The notes beneath the pieces were generated by a model. The model did not search any database and was not told where the DNA came from. It saw nothing but the letters and a program-made list of their open reading frames with translations. From Lepidodermella squamata (lineage: Eukaryota > Animalia > Gastrotricha), in assembly GCA_047495785.1 (NCBI GenBank), contig JBLDXI010000025.1, positions 558,001-622,000 on the forward strand: a stretch of DNA of 64,000 bases, read 5' to 3'. Made by a program: the position numbers and the translations under genes. Positions within the stretch are counted from its first letter, which is position 1. Each line of letters opens with the position of its first letter. Below, piece after piece: positions 10,896 through 20,700 of this stretch.

Positions 10896-13800
10896 GCATA
10901 GCATAGCATAGCATAGCATTTTCTTTATTTTATCTTTTCCTTGATCAACAATAACATAATAATAACAATTGAGTTCAAGTACAGAAACGAAGAAACAAAA
11001 ATGAGAAGGAAAAATGATAAAATAAAATTCACTCCGGTGTACCCAATTCGCCGGGCGTGATGTAGATTTTGTTCACGCCAAGCGAACCGAGTGTCGGAGG
11101 AGGACCGGTAGCAAGCTACCTGTCCTGATCGTCAACCTCAAAAACTCATCCTTACTCTGATATTTCAATTTCACCAAAATAACTATGAATTTTTTGTCTC
11201 CAAGTAGTTCTATCCTGGGCCAGGGCGTCGGCCTCCTCAAAATTGTTAATCCCTAATTTGTTCAAATGTTTTTTGATGCAATCAACCCACCTTAATTTTG
11301 GTCGCCCTCGAGGTCTACTCCAAGTATCATCCGGCGGCTGCCAGTACCGCATCTGGCTTGCCAGCCTTACGGGGTCCATGCGAGCGACGTGCCCGTACCA
11401 GCGAAGTTGCCGCCTAGCAATTTTGAATGTAAATTGTTCTGAACCACACATATTTCTAATGACCTCATTGCGAATCCTGTCCCTAAGTGTTACTCCGCAT
11501 ATCTTACGCAAATAACGCATATAGCCTACGTCGAGTCGCCTCGCATCCTCAGAAGTTAACGTCCAACTTTCGCTGCCATGCATGATAGTCGCATCCACAA
11601 CGCCCTTTAAACATTTCATTTTTTCTTTAGTCGGGACAGATCGATTGCCAAAAATATACTTACGCATAGCGCCAAACGCTTTGTTGCCTTTTTCTAAACG
11701 AGTCCTTACATCAGCCTTACACCTGCCGTCAGACGTGATAACACTTCCCAAATATACGAATTCATCAACTTCTTCAATGTACTGCCCGTAGATGGAAAAA
11801 GGTAAATGTAAATTGCAGTCATTTTTATTAACTCTCATGAATTTGGTTTTTGGAACATTAATTTTCAAGCCCAAGTGTCCACACGCCTCAACAAAAATAT
11901 CTATAATCAATTGCATTTTCTCCGAATCTTGCGATAATAAAGCAGTATCGTCCGCGAATGCTAGTAACATCAGCCACTCATCGTCAGTTAGGGGGATACC
12001 TGTTTTTTCTAATTTAACTCGCTTGCAAACTACATTAAATACTGCTATGAATAACAGGGGCGACAATGGGCAGCCTTGTCTCAGTCCCTTGGTCACCCGG
12101 AAGGGTTTCGCGCTAACGCCATTTACTCGCACAGTAGCAATGCTATCCCTGTATAATGCCTTAATATTATCTATAAGATCGCGAGAAACTCCTAGGTCTT
12201 CGAGCGCTTTCCAAACTTGATCGCGGTCGACAAAATCGTAAGCCTTTTCCAGGTCCATAAAAGTTATAAAAATGCTCCTGTTAAATTCAATAATTTTCTC
12301 CATTATTTGCCTTAATATGAAGGTGCAGTCACCCGTGCCTTTGTTTTGCATAAAACCATGTTGAAATTCTTCCAGTTTTATATTTATTTCATCGCGAAGC
12401 CGCTTTTCAAGAATTCGCGCGTAACATTTTGCAACGATACTAATTAGACTTATGCCGCGGTAATTATTGCACTTATTTAAATCTCCTTTTTTTGGCACTG
12501 GGATCAGAATTAAATTCAGAAAATCATCAGGAACGCGTTTTTCAGCCCATATTTTATTGAAGAGAAACTCTAGCCATTCAATTTTCGAATTTTGTAGCGC
12601 ATTAAGCATTTCTAATCTAATTTCATCGAGACCGGGTGATTTTCTTAATTTTTCCTTTGAAATTGCGAGCTGAATCTCGTCGCGTGTTATCGGTTTCATG
12701 ACGCGCGTTTCACATTTACTAGTAAATTCTAAATTTTCATTCAATTTATTTATTTCCTCAGCTAATATTTCCACCCCATCTACAACTCCCATAAAATAAC
12801 GTCTCCATCTGTCTGCTACTTGAATTTTGTCTGGTAAAATCCTCCCATTTTCGTCTTCGATTACAATTTTATAGTCGTGCTTGCCCGACCCTTTAGTTAG
12901 AGAAGCTATTAGATGCCAAAAGAACGACTGTGCTTCCTGAGGCTTATCTCTGAGCGCGTAGAACTTATTTCCAAGTTCCTTTTTGACTTCGTCCTTAGCC
13001 TGTCTTATAACTTTCTTTTCGCTGTTGCGCTCCTCAACGTAATCGTCCCACAGTTTATTCAAATCTGCGCTAGTAGCAACGCCGAGTTCATCTAACCGTT
13101 TCCTTTCCTTCGCGAATAGTTTAAATTTCCGCTTTTTCGCCGCTGCTTTTTTCCTAGTTTTATTGCCCCACCACCTAGTTCGCTTACCATTTTTCCTAAC
13201 TCGTTTTTTCCCGCAGATTTTTGCACTTTCCGCCTCCAGCGTCTTCAGTTTTAGCCACACATCCTCAGCTGAAGTTGTCCTATCTACGTCACTTAATTTC
13301 TGGTCCATCACCTGCTTCAATTTATTAGAAAAAGTTGGCTGTTCTAGCCGCTCATGAGCCGTGCGCCATGCCTCTTCAACTATATCATTTTTGCGGTCCA
13401 GTTCGAATCTCATCCGTACACATAATAACAAATGATCAGGGCCCAAACAAGCATCTGCTATCGTTTCGCAGGCGAAAACGTTTTTTCTTAAGTATTGAGG
13501 TAGCAATAAATAGTCAATAAATGATCGTCGAGTTTCTCCAGTGGTTTTGTGGTGCCGAAAGAAAGTGTAACCACAATTTGGAAAGAAGGTATTTATGAAG
13601 CAGTAGCCATTTCGGCTGGCAAAATCGAACCACCGTTCACCTTTTTCGTTACCTGTTTGCGAAGCGTATTCACCTATCACCTCGCTTTCCTCCACACCCT
13701 TAGCTATTTCGCCATTCAAATCACCGCCAATAAGAATAATTTCATCGCTGTCTTTAGATCGCTCAAGCTCCTCTAGTTTACTCTCTACTTTTGCAATGAA

Positions 13801-14650
13801 AATATCCAACGCATCTGTCCCAGATTCCGCAGGCGCATATATGTTCATTATTATAATTTTTTGGTTGCCGATTTTTAATTTCACAATTTGCAGTCGCTCA
13901 TCGATCATCTCATCACCGGTAATTAAAATTTCGGGATTCTCCGCTGTAAAAGTTACTACTCCATCGCGGTTTCTCGCGGCGCTCGCATCGACCCCTGAAT
14001 GTAAAACGCAAACACCATTCACCGATTTTTTTCCCTTACCTTTTTTGCGAAATTCTTGCCCAATCAAAACATCAATTTGGCGGTCTTTCATTTCTTGAGC
14101 AGCAGGAGCTGTTTTATCTTTTCCTGTGCTGAAATTTTGAGTACCCCAAGTAAATTCGAAAAATTCCTTATGATTCAAAGCACGATTTGATTTTCGATGT
14201 TTTCTATTTTTTCGCACCCTCTTTTTCTTAGCTAATTGATTTTGTTTCCGACCTGACTGCAAATTTAATTTTGAACATTTTTTCTCCTCATTTTGGTCAT
14301 TATCAACAAAATTATTATCAACAAAATTATTATTAACAAAATTATTTACATCCGTACAATCAACAAGAGCAAGGAACCTCTCCAATTTCATGGTAAACTC
14401 CAAATTCATACGATCAGGCTTATCAGTTGTGAAACGCATTAATGGGGAGAATTATAACGTATAATCCAATCCCTTGCTATCGAGAATTCTATTTTTCTCC
14501 GGAAAGTTAATTTTTCACCTAGGAATAAGCTGCACTCCAGACAACTCCAGACTGCGCAAAAGTGTACAGCATCTAAAAATGTCACACAACATACTAATCA
14601 TGTTCAAAGATCCTTTCTTCCAACCTCTGGGAGTTCGGCAGATCAAAGTT
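10896..14650 (-). mobile_element. Non-LTR retrotransposon, RTE clade; 5' boundary approximate
   Basis: Single APE+RT ORF, ~255 nt 3' UTR, and a terminal (ATGCT)n microsatellite at 10896-10919, as expected for RTE 3' ends. No target-site duplication found. Confidence 0.88.
11152..14439 (-). CDS. RTE-type AP-endonuclease/reverse transcriptase, 1095 aa, uninterrupted
   Basis: APE motifs QE, IYAP, GDLN, IDY, DH. RT motifs KSPGLD, NYRGISL, DLEKAYD, GLRQGCPLSPLLF, FADD, YLGS. RTE-type C-terminus WYGHVARM..RPRGRPKLRW..AQDR..WR. Confidence 0.95.
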   Translation of the reverse strand: MRFTTDKPDRMNLEFTMKLERFLALVDCTDVNNFVNNNFVDNNFVDNDQNEEKKCSKLNLQSGRKQNQLAKKKRVRKNRKHRKSNRALNHKEFFEFTWGTQNFSTGKDKTAPAAQEMKDRQIDVLIGQEFRKKGKGKKSVNGVCVLHSGVDASAARNRDGVVTFTAENPEILITGDEMIDERLQIVKLKIGNQKIIIMNIYAPAESGTDALDIFIAKVESKLEELERSKDSDEIILIGGDLNGEIAKGVEESEVIGEYASQTGNEKGERWFDFASRNGYCFINTFFPNCGYTFFRHHKTTGETRRSFIDYLLLPQYLRKNVFACETIADACLGPDHLLLCVRMRFELDRKNDIVEEAWRTAHERLEQPTFSNKLKQVMDQKLSDVDRTTSAEDVWLKLKTLEAESAKICGKKRVRKNGKRTRWWGNKTRKKAAAKKRKFKLFAKERKRLDELGVATSADLNKLWDDYVEERNSEKKVIRQAKDEVKKELGNKFYALRDKPQEAQSFFWHLIASLTKGSGKHDYKIVIEDENGRILPDKIQVADRWRRYFMGVVDGVEILAEEINKLNENLEFTSKCETRVMKPITRDEIQLAISKEKLRKSPGLDEIRLEMLNALQNSKIEWLEFLFNKIWAEKRVPDDFLNLILIPVPKKGDLNKCNNYRGISLISIVAKCYARILEKRLRDEINIKLEEFQHGFMQNKGTGDCTFILRQIMEKIIEFNRSIFITFMDLEKAYDFVDRDQVWKALEDLGVSRDLIDNIKALYRDSIATVRVNGVSAKPFRVTKGLRQGCPLSPLLFIAVFNVVCKRVKLEKTGIPLTDDEWLMLLAFADDTALLSQDSEKMQLIIDIFVEACGHLGLKINVPKTKFMRVNKNDCNLHLPFSIYGQYIEEVDEFVYLGSVITSDGRCKADVRTRLEKGNKAFGAMRKYIFGNRSVPTKEKMKCLKGVVDATIMHGSESWTLTSEDARRLDVGYMRYLRKICGVTLRDRIRNEVIRNMCGSEQFTFKIARRQLRWYGHVARMDPVRLASQMRYWQPPDDTWSRPRGRPKLRWVDCIKKHLNKLGINNFEEADALAQDRTTWRQKIHSYFGEIEISE

Positions 14651-14760
14651 GTTTAAAACAAAGAATCACAAAAAAGCAACTAATAGTAAGATTTATTGAA
14701 TCAAAATAAAACAAGGTCAAATTAAAGCGATTACTAAACTCGCAATGAACTCATCAACAA

Positions 14761-17700
14761 TCAAAGGTTACGTATAGGCTGAAACAAAACAACAAAACTT
14801 CACAACAGCATCATCACTTTGCGCTCACTTGATGCTGCTGTTGCTTCAACTTCGCCTCGGCGTGCGCGTGTTTGCAGAACGGATTCTGGGCCAGGTGCGA
14901 CAGCAGACCGCGCTGTTTGACAAACTTACGCCGGCAGCCTAAACAGTCGAAGGACAGCACATCATCGCCCAACGCAACGATGGCTGTTTTCATAGTCGCT
15001 GCTTGTTTGTTTCGGCTCGCAGATTGCGCAACTTCCTGCTCCTCAGATTCCGACGAACTGGCAGCAGCGGCGGCGATACGTTGCGATCGTTTCGAGTCCG
15101 ATTTAGCCTGATGCTGATTGCGAGCCGATGTCGAGTGGCTGGTGCTGGGCTGAGCTCGGTGTTTTGACGCTTTCGACTGTTTCTGGGGCGGAGATGGGGA
15201 AGTTTCGTCGTAGCTGGACGAAATCGACTTGTTGTCTTGTTCTGCTATCACGAGCCTGCTGGCGCTAAGAAATTAGACAACATTAAACAGATTAGAACAA
15301 AATAATTTGGAAACTTGAATAATGAAAACTGAAAAAATCCGAACTCGAGAACTAAATCGAAGCTGAATTCTGGAAACACGTCCAGGTGATCAAGTAAACC
15401 AAGAATATGCGCGTTCTATCCGACACAGAAGTTGCATGGTTTCCCGACTGGCTATGGTGATGGCACATGCCCCGTGCTAACTGTAGCAGAGCCCGATTGC
15501 ATCGCGACCAAATCTTGAAGACTCAGACTCTAACTCAGCTTATCGATCACGTTTACCACGACCTGTCCAACAACTACATAAACAGCACGTGGGTGACTGA
15601 GCGCTGCATCTTTGCAACTTGCAACGTGGAGATCGACGAGCTCAATCTACGTATTGTCAACTTTTGGTGTTAGCATCTTAGTTTGCCTTTTTTATCGTCT
15701 TCGGTTCCGGTTTAAACTCGCAAATTGTTGACAATTACTGTAAATAAATGGTGAATCAACTCTTGAAGAAGTAACTACTCACATTCCCGTGGGATTGAAG
15801 GCGTTCTCGAATGCTAAAAGCCAGAAGTTGCAAAAGATGTTGCTTTTTCTTCTTGGACCAGTGACCCCAACTCATAATGCATAGACTCCGTTCTCTATGC
15901 CCCAACTGTTTCACCGCGAATTGATTAGGAATATTTCAAGCTAACGTTCATGAGAGCTCAAAATTGCTGGGGCTGGGCTTGCGGTGCTGGTGCTAACATT
16001 TGCCGGCGCCACACTGATGATGATCACCATAATATAACACGAGATACCAATTTTAACAGTTTTCTCTGGAATAAATGTATTGTAGATGGCGATCAATTTT
16101 TGACTTCTTTCAATCCAATTTATTTGACCAAATATTCAAATTGCACACGAGGAATCGCCTTGGTGAAAATATCCGCGGCCATAAGCATCGTGGACCACCA
16201 CTTGACTGAACGTCACCGGCCAGAATTGGATCGCGAATGCGATGAACCTTGACGACCATGCGCTTCGATCTCTTGGTAGTCATGCTGTTGTTAGCCAAAC
16301 AGAGAGCTGCTTGAGTAGAGTTGGGCTTTATCCTCGCGTTGAATTCGGTGTGATAAGTAGCGATGCACATCAATGCGCATCCCGGTCTTTTCATTTCACG
16401 TAGTTAAATTTGATGACACGGATCGCGGAGTGGAAATTTCGTACTTTTTATACTAGCCGATTCACGAGTTTTGGCCAGATATCTCAAGTAGGAACTCAAT
16501 GATCCGAGATATAGAAACATTGCTATCTGCTGAATCTACTCACCCTGACCAATTTTCTTCAATTTGATTTTCCCTTTGTTAAGCGCTTTCCAAATTTGAT
16601 GGAGTTAAGGCAAGCAATTTGAGAACCACTTTGGTAATTTGGCATTTTCGACTTATGATTTTGAATTCTTTGGAATAGTTGAAAACCACATAAATCGTAA
16701 TTAAACACTCATTCAGGCTATTCAGGATTTTTTAACAAATTTGGTTTCAAAGGATATAAAAAATATAGATGAGAAAATTGAAGAAACCAACCTGTTGCCG
16801 CTATGCGTGTTTTGCTGCTGCTTAACCCGCGTTGAAGCCAGCTGTTTCTCGACTCTCGACGGCAGTGGCGGAGGCGAAGCCAGGTGAGTGTCAAGCCGCG
16901 CCGGAGCACAGACCGGCATCATCGCCCAGTGACTGCGAAGCGACTCCTTCGAGTAGAACATGTCCCCGCACGGCCCAGGGCACTGAATCACAGCGTTGCT
17001 GCCGCGGGGGAATCGCGCTTTCTTCGACATTTCAACTTGCAACGCGCCGGTGAAGCTCCTCCGCGGCGATAATTCCTGCTCATCAGCCGACTTTGCGTCC
17101 AATTTTCGAATTTTCAACGAGCCGCTGTTGTCAGTGTTGTCGGTATTTTCTCGTTTCAATTTCAGGCTTTTCTGGTGGTTTTTCGGTGAGCTAGATTGTT
17201 CGATCTTAGGCAAATCATCGGTGTTGCTGTTGTGCTGATTCGCTGCTGCTGCGTCGCTTTCGTCGGAGACCAGGCACAGGTTGGTCGGCTCTCTTTCGCA
17301 GATTTTGACCAGCAAACACGCGAAGGTGTTGCATTTCGGGCACGAGTGATCAAGTGATGCTTCCAACACACTGAACCTAAAAAAAGAGGAAATTCCATTT
17401 CATACGGTTCAAGTGGTTTTAAAACAACTGCTGAAATCGCGAAATCGTAGTCATTTTCTCACATTAGTTCAACTTTGGCTTTTCTCGGGGTCGTAGTCAC
17501 AAATCTATTTGGCGATGATGCAGCGAAAGAAATTCAAATGTTCATTGCAGAAAGGACGAGGAAAGAGCCATGTTATGCTTTCACTGGAAAGAATGAGGCT
17601 AGTCAGGTCAGTGTTTTGATCGATGAGTGAACTAATGCCAGTATGGGAAGTCCAATCTGATAGTGTACCTCAATTCTGTCTATATGACCATGGACCAGTC

Positions 17701-20700
17701 GAATTCCTTCAGATTCAACTTTCCGACGGAGGCGCCGACACAACCTTTGAAATGGAAAATCATTTCGACGAATGCAACGAATGCAAAAATGCTTGGCAAT
17801 TCTGCCAGATTCAATGCAATCTAATTTTAACGAGAAATAACGTGGCTGCTATCCTTGACTCATCAGAGGTCCCAGCGTTTTCATCACCGATCAGAAGAAA
17901 TTATCTAACAGGATGGCTGAAATCAGCGCGATCGAATTTCTGGGTGGACATCTCAAAAGTTACTTGAAGCCGAGTCTGATCTCTCGTCCGATTGAACAGT
18001 GGCCACTCTAGATACTGGATGCAACATTTCTTGGGGTTCTTGCTACAATTACTCATCAACTGTATTGCTTCGATAATTCAACTACTATTCAATCTTTTTA
18101 AGGTGGGAAGCAACATACAAACCTTGGCATAATTTCATCAACATGCCGAAATCAGTCGCCGATTTGGCCTCATCAAATTCGGCCTTGAATCGAATGTTCG
18201 AATCCTAAAAAAATCTACTCGATTAGGAACGCCGTGGCTATGCTCGCAATCGATCACGCTGTCATCGAATCGGTCACCTGGCGCGCATTCCAATATGAAG
18301 CGGGCAATTCCAATATGACATTATCCTAGCTAACGGCTGCGAACTTATTTTTTCAAAATGCTCGATTTTGCACATGATCGTAGCGACAGTGAAATTGTAG
18401 TTTCATTGATTGGAACGATTGATACCATTAACACAATAATTCAAATTAATTCGTCCACGACTGTCTTCATTTGCCGCGGCTTTCAGTTAAATTACCAGGA
18501 CCTCAATAAACACCTGAATGACTGCGATGATTCTGATAAAGGCATTACTCGCTGGTTTATTGAGCTTTTCCTGCTTGAATCTACTGCCGTTTCGTTGCCT
18601 GTCTGATACTGAGATGTCTGCTTATAAAGGCTTCCGGAAATTCCAGTTTCGAACGAATTTTTATACCAAAATAATGAATAGGAGCGTCGCCTTGCTTAGC
18701 AGAAGAAAATCCTGCAAAACGTGCGAAAATCTGCACTTCTAGCTGATCGAAAGCCGAATAACGTTTTACCAATGTTTTTGAACCAGAAAACAAAATCAGA
18801 ATCGAAAAAATTGCAGCGAGAATCAGCGCCGAAAAATCCCCAGCAAAGATCAGCCAGCCCCCAAGAAAATATGAGACAAACAGGCGGCGATGATAGAAAG
18901 ACATTGACTGATCAAGTGCTCAGATAAATCGGTCCTAGTTATTTGCCCAGAGAAATAAAAATTGGGTAAAAGGGAATTTACGTGGAAAATCGAGCGGATT
19001 TCTATCAACTACTTATACACTATTCAGATCTTGCGCCTAAAAAATATCAAGACTTGAGACTGAAACCAAGGCAATAGCTTGGAAGGCCCGCGGCCGCGCT
19101 TTCCTACGTTGACAAGACTTTTCACTTTCACTGAATACGTCTTTCGCTCGAAGGAAGGACGCTATCTCTCAAAGGCTGAAATCTTGGTTTGAAGCCAAGG
19201 TTTCAGGTTGCCTGATGATTTAAAACCTCTCGAGGGTGCCATAAATTTACATAAATTTGATACAATTCATCAAATGACGCTAATTCAGGGCGCGATTCAT
19301 TCGACTAAAAAACTCTCTCATAGAAATCCCCAAGCTGGTCATGAAGAGTGACTTCAAATCTCATTCTAGGCTTTCTGTTCCTTTTTTTCCAGTTTTTCTT
19401 CACTCTAATCTAGAAAAAATCTTCAAGCTTCCGAGCAATTCCGAGCTAGGTTCGATTCTGGTGCGATTTTGAACAAAAATGACACATCCTCAATCGCATG
19501 GGAAATTTGATAATTAAAAATGACAATAAATTAGAAACCGTACCCATCAGTGTCGCAGCGCGGCCGTGAGCTGGCGATGCCTGTTAGGCACGATCGCTTC
19601 GCCTCGGACATGGCCTTGATGCTGAACGCCAGAATCGCGTCGTACTCGCTCGAAATGCGGCACGCTTTGCACTTGTAGCCAACGAACAGCTGAGTTCCAC
19701 TGAAAAACAATAAATAATAGTGTTTAAAAATGCGTATTTTGACTGCAAAATTCGATGAATAGCCAACAAATAACTTTACCTGAAAATTAATTTCAAATGA
19801 ATTGTATGGGGAAGGTTTTTCAAATTTTAATACAAAAAAATCTAAATTTTCAACTCCTCATGTACCCTTCCACAATTTTCATGAATTATAATTCTATTTT
19901 TGAATTCCGCCATTTTTAATTTAATTTTATTTTATTATACCTGCAATATTATGCGATATTAAAAGAGATTCAACTGTTCATCTATCTACTTTCAATGTTT
20001 TTCTCATTTAGATTTTTCACACCGACGATTTTGTAAAAAAGACGTCAATGGGATTTGGTGGGAAATCGAGGGGGCCAAAAATCGATCGGCTACCTGTTTT
20101 ATATCTAATTTCAATTTCTTGAATATAAATTTCTGAGGAATTGGGCTTTTCTGTTGTTCTGGTTTTCTGGTTTTCTCTGATGTTCGAGGTGGACGCTTGG
20201 GAAGAGGCTGACCTGCCACCTGGCGCATACGAGATTGGCTCCTATTGGGTGTTTAAACTGAAGAAGAACGCCAGGGCGAGGTGATTCGATATAAAATGCG
20301 TCTCGTGGCGAATGGTAACATGCAGCAGATTTTCGGTGAAACTTTCGCGCCGGTCGTCGAAGCTACGTCGCTGCGTGTTATACTGGCACTCGCTGCGAAA
20401 CAGGAACTCAAACAGTACGACTTTACTTGAATGGGTCGTTGCCGCCGAGCCCCCGATCCACATAAATCAAATGGATGGTGTGATAAATGGATGTTTCATG
20501 TGTGAAGAAAATAGACCGCCTGGTGCGGCCTAGAGTCGGCCAGAGCCAGGGATGGGAAAGTTCCATTTTTGAGCTTTTCCATCCCCATTGCTTTAACGGT
20601 TTCCAAGGTTAATTTCGACATCAAATAAGCGACTTTGCGTTTTCCTTTGAATCTAAAATCTCCAAGCCGCTTAGTTATTAAAAAACGTAATTTATCGCTG

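Noticed and set aside
11243-14098. Many plus-strand ORFs overlapping the LINE, and similar antisense ORFs over the GPCR and lectin genes
   Set aside because: Shadow frames of real coding sequence on the opposite strand.
14440-14660. HDV-like ribozyme expected at some RTE 5' ends, and a TSD for the LINE
   Set aside because: I could not fold a nested double pseudoknot or find a matching direct repeat. The element may be 5' truncated.
14814-15251. Zinc-finger ORF as ORF1 of the LINE
   Set aside because: It has splice sites in phase with upstream host exons, and a terminal exon plus AATAAA separate it from the LINE.
17500-18930. Short plus- and minus-strand ORFs (17623-17967, 18358-18742, 18581-18904) in an intron
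   Set aside because: Broken by stops, with no recognisable motif or consistent splice sites. Possibly decayed repeats; unresolved.
20242-20533. GC-richer ORF-bearing patch as an extra exon
   Set aside because: No phase-compatible acceptor/donor pair and no CxxC motif.
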